Virus record (IMG/VR): IMGVR_UViG_3300046534_001341
Span: 1 to 64,000 of that record
DNA: 64,000 nucleotides
Reading direction: 5' to 3' (one strand)
Origin: a virus
This document shows positions 38,090 through 46,202 of the stretch, in pieces. Made by a program: the position numbers and the translations under genes. Position 1 is the stretch's first letter; every line of letters starts with the position of its first letter. A model generated the notes under the pieces. The model saw only the letters and a list, made by a program, of their open reading frames with translations, did not search any database and was not told the DNA's origin.

Positions 38090-38596
38090 ATGACCCCATA
38101 CATTGGAACCAAACTACTAAACGCCGAACCTATGGCCTTAGGTGAGTACAATACCCTACAAGGTTGGTCACTCCCTGAAGGACAAGACCCCGACACTGAG
38201 GGGTACTTAGTTGAGTACGTGGGAGGTGGTAAACCGAACCATAAAGACTTCAATGGTTTCATCTCGTGGAGCCCTAAGGATGTATTTGAGGCCTCTTATC
38301 AAAAATCCGGCTCTATGTCTTTTGGTCACGCAATCGAAATGATGAAGCTAGGTTGTAAGGTGTCTCGGAAGGGTTGGAACGGTAAAGGTATGTGGGTTAT
38401 CTACAACCCTGGCAGCCAAGGCCAGACCCATGCAATGTTTGACGGCTCTGTTTACAAAAGGCATGGCCTAGATAATTGTGAAATCTTACCTCACTTCGAC
38501 ATGTACACAGTTAACGCTGAAGGCCGTCGTGCGATGTTACCTGGTTGGTTAGCTTCCCAATCAGACATGGATGCCAGTGACTGGGGGATAGTTTAG
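38090..38596 (+). CDS. DUF2829 / Tad2-like anti-defence sponge domain fused to an N-terminal conserved phage domain
   Basis: C-half MSFGHAIEMMKLGCKVSRKGWNGKGMW...GWLASQSDMDASDW; N-half YIGTK...EGYLVEY...SWSPKDVFEASY; AGAGGA RBS. Confidence 0.8.
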   Translation: MTPYIGTKLLNAEPMALGEYNTLQGWSLPEGQDPDTEGYLVEYVGGGKPNHKDFNGFISWSPKDVFEASYQKSGSMSFGHAIEMMKLGCKVSRKGWNGKGMWVIYNPGSQGQTHAMFDGSVYKRHGLDNCEILPHFDMYTVNAEGRRAMLPGWLASQSDMDASDWGIV

Positions 38597-38775
38597 TGTC
38601 TTACGACGCACTACCTATACCTGATCGGTACCAACCAGAGCCTAAGGCCCCAACACCTACTCTTCAAACAATTGGGGGGCAGACGCCCCTATACTGGGCA
38701 ATCAAGTCGGCCAACCTAGATATGGAGGCAGAAGTGTTAGATTTCGATGAATCATTGCTGCAGTTTGAAGAATGA
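38596..38775 (+). CDS. Hypothetical 59-aa protein (not in ORF track)
   Basis: GTG start overlapping the previous stop; its stop overlaps the next ATG. Confidence 0.5.
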   Translation: MSYDALPIPDRYQPEPKAPTPTLQTIGGQTPLYWAIKSANLDMEAEVLDFDESLLQFEE

Positions 38776-39020
38776 CACACGAAGGGTTAAAGCGGGCTCA
38801 GTGGCTCGTCAAACAAATCAAGAACACTGAACAGAACCTCAACCAAGATCAGCACGTAGAAGTTAATGGTTACGGTGGGTGGTCTATGTGCAACATACCT
38901 GAGGTACATGACGCACTGGATGAGTTAAAGAGAATGGGGGATCAAATTATGAAAGCACAAGGCCGTGCCACCCTATCATCAATGAAAGCAGAACTTCTAT
39001 CCTTAGGAGTGGAGGACTAG
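38772..39020 (+). CDS. Hypothetical protein
   Basis: 82-aa ORF, ATGA-coupled, ends before a terminator. Confidence 0.65.
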   Translation: MTHEGLKRAQWLVKQIKNTEQNLNQDQHVEVNGYGGWSMCNIPEVHDALDELKRMGDQIMKAQGRATLSSMKAELLSLGVED

Positions 39021-39024
39021 ACAT

Positions 39025-39048
39025 AAAAAAGCCCCTGTGAAGGGGCTT
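39025..39048 (-). terminator. Intrinsic terminator between convergent genes
   Basis: AAAAAA-GCCCCT-GTGA-AGGGGC-TT; T-run on the minus strand. Confidence 0.75.
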
Positions 39049-39086
39049 AGTAGATATGTATCACCTGTCTTGTCGGGTAAGTGAGG

Positions 39087-39356
39087 TTACACAGTACACC
39101 TCATCAACAATGCTTTCAACCTCAAATCTTTGCCATCCACGAACTTAACCTTCTGCGGGTTATCCCCCAAAAATTTGTATATTAGATCACTCACGAAAGT
39201 ACACCCCACCTTTTCATGACCCAACTCAGCACGAATAAGGTAGTGGGGTAACTCAACTTGTTCCTGACTACGCATCATCTGCTTCATAAGCTCAACCGTG
39301 TAATACCTGTCAGGCTTACTCCCCTCATAAACGAATCTTACATAATCATCACTCAT
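39087..39356 (-). CDS. Hypothetical protein with C-terminal KDLRLKALL motif
   Basis: Start MSDDYV at an ATGA overlap. Confidence 0.65.
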   Translation of the reverse strand: MSDDYVRFVYEGSKPDRYYTVELMKQMMRSQEQVELPHYLIRAELGHEKVGCTFVSDLIYKFLGDNPQKVKFVDGKDLRLKALLMRCTV

Positions 39357-39685
39357 GCCACCACCGCCTTCATAACCGCGGTACCGTAATCCGCTGCCCA
39401 ATCAATATTCGTAATAGGCTCAGGCTTCGGCCCAACAAGCAAAGCTCTCAACTTAATAACCTTATCTTCCTCATACCTAACCGCAGTCACAACGTCACTA
39501 TCAACAAGGTTATTGGCCCAAGTCCTACCACGTTGACTCTCAGGCAAAACAACAATCATAGGTACCGACTCACCATGTGCCGCCCAAATAGCATTAGCAA
39601 CACCTGAACCATTAAGCTTAACAACGACATATCTCTCCACACCATCTGGGTGTAAGAACATAATAGTGCCACGAGGTTGAATCAT
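39353..39685 (-). CDS. Hypothetical protein with KVIKLRALL motif; start uncertain
   Basis: ORF 39353-39763, internal ATG chosen; coupled to the downstream gene. Confidence 0.55.
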   Translation of the reverse strand: MIQPRGTIMFLHPDGVERYVVVKLNGSGVANAIWAAHGESVPMIVVLPESQRGRTWANNLVDSDVVTAVRYEEDKVIKLRALLVGPKPEPITNIDWAADYGTAVMKAVVA

Positions 39686-39897
39686 AATAATCATCCGCCA
39701 AGGAGAAGGGACGACCATCATACACCTACAACTAAGATTCGCCATAGACAGTATTCGCTCCACATAATTTTTTAGAAAAACTATTTTGAGATTTGTGATA
39801 ATTGGGTATGAGTTCAGTACTGATGGAACGGGAACCGTAAATCGGAAGTACCCCCCCTACTTCAATCCTAATACCTATCGCCTACCCACCCTCGTCA

Positions 39898-39913
39898 TCC
39901 ACCTAACGGTGGA
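39898..39913 (+). promoter_or_regulatory. Candidate vRNAP hairpin promoter 1
   Basis: TCCACC-TAAC-GGTGGA upstream of the gp1-like gene. Confidence 0.7.
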
Positions 39914-39999
39914 GTAAGGATGATACGTAGCACTAGCTCATCCAGCGTAGCTGGCACGTGGAGACCAGCAACTTAATTCAATCATTGGAGCATCACATC

Positions 40000-40212
40000 A
40001 TGTGGGCAGCAATAGCACAAGTATGGGCATTCATCGGATCACTAGCATCAGCAGCTAACAACGCAGCTACAGCTATCGAGAAATGCACCTTGGTCGCAGA
40101 CCAAGCAGCAGACAACTTCCTAGCCGAAGAGTCAGCTAAACAAGCAGAACGCAAGATCATCCTTGCATCACGCTTAGCAGCCATTCAAGCAGAGCACGAA
40201 GCAGTAGCCTAG
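40000..40212 (+). CDS. N4-like first early gene product (gp1-like)
   Basis: Ala-rich amphipathic helical protein, GGAG RBS, first gene after hairpin 1. Confidence 0.65.
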   Translation: MWAAIAQVWAFIGSLASAANNAATAIEKCTLVADQAADNFLAEESAKQAERKIILASRLAAIQAEHEAVA

Positions 40213-40217
40213 TAGCA

Positions 40218-40233
40218 GCCTCCTCAGGGAGGC
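40218..40233 (+). terminator. Hairpin after the gp1-like gene (possible terminator)
   Basis: GCCTCC-TCAG-GGAGGC; weak U tract. Confidence 0.4.
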
Positions 40234-40382
40234 CTTACTACTTATACACACCAACACACTACACACCCTCAAAGATAGCTCCTATGAAAGGAGAGAGGCT
40301 CAGGATTGGTTATATCACGGTATATCTACCGAATAGGCCTTCCTGACAAGTCAGGCTAAACCGATACATACCCGATATGCTC

Positions 40383-40394
40383 CCACTAACGTGG
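40383..40394 (+). promoter_or_regulatory. Candidate vRNAP hairpin promoter 2
   Basis: CCAC-TAAC-GTGG then TAG. Confidence 0.7.
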
Positions 40395-40435
40395 TAGAAG
40401 GGTAATCTCATACATCTAACTCAAGGTAAATACTT

Positions 40436-40750
40436 ATGCTAAGTAGCACACATGTAATCCCTTACATAGACACACTTTTAGGTATGTACTGTGAGTACAA
40501 ACAGAACAAGTACATAGTAGTAAACGATTCTATTAGTGGTCTTGTTAAGATCACGAGTGGAACAGTACAACTACATGTAAAAGTATCTAACGTGGTCTTC
40601 CTCAAACTTCCTCAAGCACCAATTGTCAGCCATAAAGGACTGTCATACATAAGGACTGTCAAAGGACACATCTTCAGTTTAGCAACAGGCAGACTTATGA
40701 AGTGGGGGGTTAACAACGGAGACCGCAAAAACATACTGTCTGCGGAGTAA
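40436..40750 (+). CDS. Hypothetical early protein
   Basis: AAGGT RBS, follows hairpin 2. Confidence 0.65.
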   Translation: MLSSTHVIPYIDTLLGMYCEYKQNKYIVVNDSISGLVKITSGTVQLHVKVSNVVFLKLPQAPIVSHKGLSYIRTVKGHIFSLATGRLMKWGVNNGDRKNILSAE

Positions 40751-40764
40751 ACACATACCTCATA

Positions 40765-40778
40765 ACCACTAACGTGGT
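40765..40778 (+). promoter_or_regulatory. Candidate vRNAP hairpin promoter 3
   Basis: ACCAC-TAAC-GTGGT inside a longer TACCTCA...TGAGGTA inverted repeat. Confidence 0.7.
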
Positions 40779-40812
40779 AGTGAGGTAATCACACAAGTCT
40801 AGGAGAAGTCTC

Positions 40813-41250
40813 ATGAAGTATTGGGCAGGCACTACAATCACATCAATGACAGGCAGCAACATCTTCGTCTTCGGGTCTAATCCTGAAGGCAGACATGGAA
40901 TGGGTGCAGCTAAAGCAGCAATGGCCTTTGGTGCTAAGTATGGTAAGGGTCGTGGTCGTCAAGGCAACACCTACGCACTACCAACAAAGAACCTGAAGGC
41001 TGGGTTCTATGAACGGGCATCAGGCATCACCTATGAGAATGCTGGTAAGCGCAGCATTACTCTTGAGCAGATCAAAGACAACATCATTGAGTTGTACAAA
41101 GATGCTCATATGAACCCCACACTTACTTACTTCGTTGTCTACCAAACCAACAGTAATAACCTCAATGGGTATTCACCTAATGAGATCATCGAGCAGTTCA
41201 CCTCATTGGATATGCCGGACAATATACGCATACACAACAGCTTTCGATAG
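40813..41250 (+). CDS. A1S_2505-family phage protein (possibly macrodomain-like)
   Basis: IFVFGSNPEGRHGMGAA...FGAKYG.G.G.QG.TYALPTK signature. Confidence 0.7.
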   Translation: MKYWAGTTITSMTGSNIFVFGSNPEGRHGMGAAKAAMAFGAKYGKGRGRQGNTYALPTKNLKAGFYERASGITYENAGKRSITLEQIKDNIIELYKDAHMNPTLTYFVVYQTNSNNLNGYSPNEIIEQFTSLDMPDNIRIHNSFR

Positions 41251-41260
41251 GCTAACGCCT
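41249..41260 (+). promoter_or_regulatory. Candidate vRNAP hairpin promoter 4
   Basis: AGGC-TAAC-GCCT then TAG. Confidence 0.7.
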
Positions 41261-41294
41261 TAGTTAGGTATCAATAGAACTATTGGAGAAGTCT

Positions 41295-41510
41295 ATGCCA
41301 GCTCAAGAACTACTAGCACAAGCCTCATTAGGTGAGTCGTACCCAAGCCATGAATACTCATGTGCTATGTACATTGCACCAATCAACCTCGATGGGCTCA
41401 ACAACATCGAGATACATGCACCAACCCAAGAAGAAGCAGAAGCTATTCGCTCTCTTGTGTTTGAGGCAATCCAACACATTCACTCTTTAGGAGAGTCGCA
41501 TGGTAACTAA
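41295..41510 (+). CDS. Hypothetical early protein
   Basis: GGAG RBS then ATG CCA. Confidence 0.6.
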   Translation: MPAQELLAQASLGESYPSHEYSCAMYIAPINLDGLNNIEIHAPTQEEAEAIRSLVFEAIQHIHSLGESHGN

Positions 41511-41610
41511 ACCTATGATCCAAGGCTTTCTCATAGCCCTCACAGTCGTTGTACTTAGCACAGTAGCCATTAGGCTACTTTGTATGTACGCAGTCTCAAT
41601 CGCCGCTTAA
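41500..41610 (+). CDS. 36-aa membrane peptide (not in ORF track)
   Basis: AGGAG RBS; MVTKPMIQGFLIALTVVVLSTVAIRLLCMYAVSIAA. Confidence 0.55.
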   Translation: MVTKPMIQGFLIALTVVVLSTVAIRLLCMYAVSIAA

Positions 41611-41626
41611 ATCCAAGGAGAACGCT

Positions 41627-41800
41627 ATGGATGTCATGCCTAAACCCGCAGGACACGGTGAGTGTAATAACTCGACCAAATATTGCACTACATGTGGTGC
41701 CTGTAACCCACCTAGAACACCTTGTCGTAGTTGTGGTGGACGCACACAAGTAAGTAACCCAACTCAAGTAGGTTATCCAGATAACTACAAGACCTTTTAA
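41627..41800 (+). CDS. 57-aa zinc-ribbon protein (not in ORF track)
   Basis: AAGGAG RBS; CTTCG...CRSCGG. Confidence 0.6.
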   Translation: MDVMPKPAGHGECNNSTKYCTTCGACNPPRTPCRSCGGRTQVSNPTQVGYPDNYKTF

Positions 41801-41815
41801 TCCAAGGAGAACACC

Positions 41816-42061
41816 GTGACTAAAATTAGAACTTATGGGTATCAATGCCCATTCGATGGTAAGAACTTACAAGCTGATCTCGTTATTGGTCTTAAAACAT
41901 TGATTGGTCGTCGTGTCACTCGTAGCGCCAATGCGTCTATGGGCACGATCATCGACACTGAAATGTCTGATCATGGTTGTGTGATTATTCATGTCACTTG
42001 GGATACGGGCCACAAAGGTAATACCTATGGGCCAGCCTCACTAATCATAATACCTGACTAG
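41816..42061 (+). CDS. Hypothetical protein (possibly SH3-like)
   Basis: AAGGAG RBS; GTIID...HVTWDTG. Confidence 0.6.
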   Translation: MTKIRTYGYQCPFDGKNLQADLVIGLKTLIGRRVTRSANASMGTIIDTEMSDHGCVIIHVTWDTGHKGNTYGPASLIIIPD

Positions 42062-42070
42062 GAGAATACC

Positions 42071-42319
42071 GTGCCTACATTGGTTGAGTTCAAAGAACAG
42101 ATACTGGGTACGCTACATGACGAGGAAGCCATTCAAAAAGTTGAAAGGTATTTCGAGTTATTAGCGGACCATGAAAACCATACCGCAGAAGAGATCACCT
42201 CACATACCCGTGAGATGCTAGACCTGCATACATTGAAGCCAAAGCATGTAAGTATGTTGTACAGCTACTACATGAACTCTAAATACTATCAATCAATCAA
42301 AGATCTAGGCTTTAGATAA
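42071..42319 (+). CDS. Hypothetical protein
   Basis: AGGAG RBS, ends before a terminator. Confidence 0.65.
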   Translation: MPTLVEFKEQILGTLHDEEAIQKVERYFELLADHENHTAEEITSHTREMLDLHTLKPKHVSMLYSYYMNSKYYQSIKDLGFR

Positions 42320-42328
42320 ACACCTCAT

Positions 42329-42352
42329 AACCCCACGGTTGTGGGGTTTTTT
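42329..42352 (+). terminator. Intrinsic terminator
   Basis: CCCCAC-GGTT-GTGGGG-TTTTTT. Confidence 0.85.
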
Positions 42353-42415
42353 CGTTTACACACCTTTACACACCTCGCGTGTTTACTGCACATGCGTAGC
42401 CAGTCCGAAAAAAAG

Positions 42416-42427
42416 GGGCTAACGCCC
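42416..42427 (+). promoter_or_regulatory. Candidate vRNAP hairpin promoter 5
   Basis: GGGC-TAAC-GCCC then TAG, upstream of the gp2-like gene. Confidence 0.7.
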
Positions 42428-42477
42428 TAGTAAGGGGAATCACCCCAACCTTTTAATCACTCCGGAATACAAAAATC

Positions 42478-42750
42478 ATGGCATATCCTAGCACTGCTCC
42501 ATCTCAAGCAAACCGCAACAGCATTAAAGTGGCGGCTGCATTCTTGAACATCACCATCAAAGACTCTGCCGGTAACCCTCGACGCATCGGTGGACTGCCT
42601 TTGTACGCAGAAAACAAAACTCACGTTGGTATCCTAGCTAAGTTACAAGCTACGGAAGAAGCTAAGGCTGGTAGTAAAGAGTCTAAGTTCAAGTTTGTTG
42701 TTGACTACGAATTACGTTTAAACGACGCAGATGAAGTCGTTACATTCTAA
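42478..42750 (+). CDS. N4 gp2/Drc-like ssDNA-binding RNAP II activator
   Basis: AFLNI...GLPL core and C-terminal TF, resembling N4 gp2 (FWLNI...GIPL...LTF, recalled). Confidence 0.6.
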   Translation: MAYPSTAPSQANRNSIKVAAAFLNITIKDSAGNPRRIGGLPLYAENKTHVGILAKLQATEEAKAGSKESKFKFVVDYELRLNDADEVVTF

Positions 42751-42807
42751 GTAGTTCCCAAAGGGCATCCATATTGGGTGCCCTTTACTTTGTTTGGGGA
42801 TAGAACC

Positions 42808-43038
42808 ATGGAACCATCAATAATATTAGCCTCTATAGGCGGTGCAGTCATTTGGGGTCTTATCAAGGTGGTGCTCCAAGCCATCTTTGGTAACCGTAAG
42901 AGGCTCAAACCTGTACCTTATGTAGGTCACATGCAGTATTGCCGTGATCACATGCAAGAACCAAATCAATCACATTATGCAGACCACAACTGTGATCACT
43001 GTAAAGCCTTAGCCAAATTTGAATCGGAGCGCGGATAG
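42808..43038 (+). CDS. Membrane-anchored Cys/His protein
   Basis: N-terminal TM; C..H...H.....CDHC. Confidence 0.6.
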   Translation: MEPSIILASIGGAVIWGLIKVVLQAIFGNRKRLKPVPYVGHMQYCRDHMQEPNQSHYADHNCDHCKALAKFESERG

Positions 43039-43039
43039 T

Positions 43040-43360
43040 ATGAAAAAAGTATTAGATACAACTACACCACATGTGTTTGTTAACCCACTATCCGTTCAAC
43101 GTAGTTTTGTGCCTCTTGGACGCTTCGTTGATACACCGATGGATGGTGGTGTGTTACCTCGTGAATACGACCTGTATGCCATTATACATCCAACAGCCAA
43201 CGAGCTGAGTGATGTGAAGATAGGTGTACGCTTTGGTGCCAGTCTCAACGACAAGATGAGTGATGACCTGTCTCGCATCAACAACAGTGGTGTCCATACT
43301 CCAATGGATGAAGTAGCAAAACGTGCAATCAAGCACCTATTTTTTACAAGGAAGAAGTAG
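43040..43360 (+). CDS. Hypothetical protein
   Basis: Tightly packed ORF. Confidence 0.6.
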   Translation: MKKVLDTTTPHVFVNPLSVQRSFVPLGRFVDTPMDGGVLPREYDLYAIIHPTANELSDVKIGVRFGASLNDKMSDDLSRINNSGVHTPMDEVAKRAIKHLFFTRKK

Positions 43361-43361
43361 T

Positions 43362-43667
43362 ATGAACCGATCACCTATGTATAAAAACATGTGTGGGCGT
43401 CAAGTTGACCCTGACTTCACTGAGAAGCAGCTAGTGCCTGAGATACAGAAAGCTGCTTTATCACTGATCAAGTGTGAGGCTGCTGTACATGCTGGTAACC
43501 CTGAGGCTGAAGCTGCTTTCGATGATCTTAGTGCAAACCTTAAGTTTGAAATCAGCAACAACATGTTCCTTGTTAAAGGGACGATCATACTGCGTGAGTG
43601 TGCTAAACAGTTCGACTTAGCCATCCTTGCAGCACATGAGTCCACCCAACAGCGTTACTGCTACTGA
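43362..43667 (+). CDS. Hypothetical protein
   Basis: AAGGA RBS, coupled to the next gene. Confidence 0.6.
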   Translation: MNRSPMYKNMCGRQVDPDFTEKQLVPEIQKAALSLIKCEAAVHAGNPEAEAAFDDLSANLKFEISNNMFLVKGTIILRECAKQFDLAILAAHESTQQRYCY

Positions 43668-44017
43668 TGGATACTCAAATCGATCTAGTCTTTAACCCAA
43701 CTCGTAAACGGAGAGTCACCGTGACTTCAAACATCAAGAAGATTCCGCATACACCTACAGAATTTGTAGCTAAAAACCGTGATAACAAGGCTGTTGTAGC
43801 CCAGTTGTCTATCTTTCCTGCTGGTCGCTTACAAGAACTAGCCCAAGCATTGGGTTTAGTTGCTGTCCGTGAGGGTATGTCTCGTCCTACACATCTAGCT
43901 GTTCGTGAAGGATATATGGCGTACACCAGCTCTGAAGATGGTAAGTCCAGTAAAATGTCTTACACCAATAAGGGTATTCGTTACATAAAAGAATACTTAC
44001 ACCACATCCCTAAGTAA
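43667..44017 (+). CDS. Putative DNA-binding protein (antirepressor KilA-C/ANT-like)
   Basis: ELAQALGL...PT..AVREGYM...YTNKGIRYI pattern. Confidence 0.4.
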   Translation: MDTQIDLVFNPTRKRRVTVTSNIKKIPHTPTEFVAKNRDNKAVVAQLSIFPAGRLQELAQALGLVAVREGMSRPTHLAVREGYMAYTSSEDGKSSKMSYTNKGIRYIKEYLHHIPK

Positions 44018-44062
44018 CTTCAACGCCCTCACAAGAGGGCAACAACCACTACAGAAGAGAGA

Positions 44063-44857
44063 ATGAAAATGTCCCAAGCAAAGAATGTACAAGTATCTGG
44101 TACCGTCCCACATAACGTAGTTGAGCGTGATCAACAGCTAAGCACTCAGATTGATGAAACCGTCAAGATGAGTAAGTACAAGATCAAGCGCACGTTGGAA
44201 GCTGCACGAGTTATTGCACAGGATAACTACGAAGCCAAACAGGAAGCGTGGGTTCTTGCTTGTAAACCAAGAAAGGTAATAACCGATCGTGTTATGGCAG
44301 CAGCCAAAGAATATGCGCTTACTGCCTTGATGCCTATGCTTAACCTATTGGTTGACTACTGCGAATCCGGTGAATCAGGTACATTCTTTGATGATAACCG
44401 TGACGAAGAAGTACCTCTGGAAACCATTGCCAACAAGATGGTATACATAGAGCACTCATACGGCATGCCTTCAGCAAATGAATCACAAAGCATCTGGGTG
44501 TGGTACTACGTGAACGTATTCGCACATGTCTCAAGCAATGCAGGCAACCTTGGTGATTACGAGGATATCCTCATGACACCTAAACATAAATACGTGACCA
44601 TACCTCTGACTCCCGAAGAAACTGCGATCATCGCGCTAGGTGACAACTTGTCTAGTGAGAAGCACCTATTCAACCTTGAGATCAACGAGATCGACACCAA
44701 GCTGAAGAACCTTGACAACATCACTGAAGACATTGAATTCGCATTGCTACAAAGCAAGGCTAAGTCTGAAGGTAATACTCAGGTGACCGACGTGTCAGAT
44801 CAAATCACTAAAGCCATACTGGCCGGTGAAAACCCTAGTGTAATGCTACTTAAATAA
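44063..44857 (+). CDS. Hypothetical protein (264 aa)
   Basis: Long ORF with coiled-coil ends. Confidence 0.7.
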   Translation: MKMSQAKNVQVSGTVPHNVVERDQQLSTQIDETVKMSKYKIKRTLEAARVIAQDNYEAKQEAWVLACKPRKVITDRVMAAAKEYALTALMPMLNLLVDYCESGESGTFFDDNRDEEVPLETIANKMVYIEHSYGMPSANESQSIWVWYYVNVFAHVSSNAGNLGDYEDILMTPKHKYVTIPLTPEETAIIALGDNLSSEKHLFNLEINEIDTKLKNLDNITEDIEFALLQSKAKSEGNTQVTDVSDQITKAILAGENPSVMLLK

Positions 44858-44932
44858 ACCACCAGCCCAGCTAACACAGTGGGCATCATTGTCACCTCCG
44901 GTGACCTACCTGACCAATATTTGGAGAAAAAC

Positions 44933-45223
44933 ATGAAGTCGTTACTAATTATTAACATAGTGATAGTTGCATCAGTGGCCTTAACAATCCAAGTTTTAAA
45001 CATGCATAAACCAAAGCCTTCATTTGGAGGGTTAGTCTTTGAAGTGATCACTACGCCTGTAGATACTATATCTAAAGGGGATGAGTGCAAGATGCTTGGT
45101 ATGAACGTGACTGTATTTCAGGTACGTAAGGCCACTGTAGGCTTTGCAGATGTGGTGACTAACGATTTAACACTACTTAATGTACCTCGACGAATCCTCA
45201 AGAACTGCACACCTCAGCCCTAA
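44933..45223 (+). CDS. Membrane-anchored hypothetical protein
   Basis: GGAG RBS, N-terminal TM. Confidence 0.6.
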   Translation: MKSLLIINIVIVASVALTIQVLNMHKPKPSFGGLVFEVITTPVDTISKGDECKMLGMNVTVFQVRKATVGFADVVTNDLTLLNVPRRILKNCTPQP

Positions 45224-45253
45224 TGGCTGAGGCCATTTCAGGGAGAAGATAGA

Positions 45254-45445
45254 ATGCCTGATTCAAAGATAGCTCATAACTTCGTTCGTGGTATTACATA
45301 CAATTGTGTTAAGTACGATGCCACGTATGCCCAGTACCTAAACCGCATTGGTGAGTTGTACTCAGGTCTAGCCATAAATGAAACCACCTACAAAGAACTA
45401 AAACTAAAGAGATTTCTTGGAGTTATGCCATGTCGAGGTCAGTAG
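45254..45445 (+). CDS. Array A member 1 (KELKLKRFL)
   Basis: GGGAG RBS; YxxYL and tail motif. Confidence 0.65.
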   Translation: MPDSKIAHNFVRGITYNCVKYDATYAQYLNRIGELYSGLAINETTYKELKLKRFLGVMPCRGQ

Positions 45446-45624
45446 CTGAAAGCGCCCATAGGCGTTGTGTCTCCTATCAAGGGTACGAACAAGCAGTCGA
45501 TCGTAAGAACTCCCGATGGGATAGAGACACCATCGACGACACCCTATCAATGGAAGAGTTCATTCAGGTGGGTAAAGAAATCCGCTTAAAACAACTACTT
45601 ACGAGGCACCAAAATGGTATCTAA
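45430..45624 (+). CDS. Array A member 2 (KEIRLKQLL)
   Basis: GGAG RBS; YxxY and tail motif. Confidence 0.65.
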   Translation: MSRSVAESAHRRCVSYQGYEQAVDRKNSRWDRDTIDDTLSMEEFIQVGKEIRLKQLLTRHQNGI

Positions 45625-45626
45625 GC

Positions 45627-45857
45627 TTGTATTCCATGGGTAATGGTTGTCACACAGCTAAGAAGATAGAGCTGCAAGGTAGGACTGATTACATCCGTGC
45701 TGGGTATAAATACTCCACTTACCTACGCATGATCACCTTACGTAATATCGGGCGCCATCCTCCTCAAATAATCACACCTATAACTGAAGAGGACTACAAC
45801 CAGCAGCTCAAAGAGCACGCACTCAAGGAACTGATCTCATGCAACGTGACCCAGTAA
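45627..45857 (+). CDS. Array A member 3 (KEHALKELI); start uncertain
   Basis: YSTYL...TPITEEDYNQQLKEHALKELI. Confidence 0.65.
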   Translation: MYSMGNGCHTAKKIELQGRTDYIRAGYKYSTYLRMITLRNIGRHPPQIITPITEEDYNQQLKEHALKELISCNVTQ

Positions 45858-46009
45858 ATGTAAGCCTGTGGCGGTCGTACGCTGATTTCAGGCACTCGTA
45901 CTACACGTACACCAAAGCCCTCAGTTCTCATTGCACACCAGTTTCTGAAGAAGTGTACAATCAACGACTCAAAGAAAACAAACTCAAATCACTTTTAATA
46001 GGTAAATAA
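45839..46009 (+). CDS. Array A member 4 (56 aa, not in ORF track; KENKLKSLL)
   Basis: AAGGA RBS; YYTY...TPVSEEVYNQRLKENKLKSLLIGK, clear paralog of member 3. Confidence 0.75.
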   Translation: MQRDPVNVSLWRSYADFRHSYYTYTKALSSHCTPVSEEVYNQRLKENKLKSLLIGK

Positions 46010-46010
46010 C

Positions 46011-46202
46011 TTGAAACAAATATGGATATCACAAGATATTGTTAATAGTACTATCACAGCAGGTATCGAAAGCCGTAAGGGTAAGATCGTCAGGGAGAAG
46101 GTGTTCCCTGACACCACCCCAAAACAGATAGTCGATGAATGGGCCAACAAGGAAATCGACATGATGGAGTTACTAATGCTGGAAAACCAAAGTGACACCT
46201 GA
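46011..46202 (+). CDS. Array B member 1
   Basis: KVFPDTTPKQIVDEWANKE. Confidence 0.6.
   Translation: MKQIWISQDIVNSTITAGIESRKGKIVREKVFPDTTPKQIVDEWANKEIDMMELLMLENQSDT

Noticed and set aside
45614-45643. GAGG RBS followed by a 9-codon ORF (MVSKLVFHG) out of frame with array A member 3
   Set aside because: Could indicate a frameshift or sequencing error, but in-frame TTG/ATG starts exist and no slippery site is evident.
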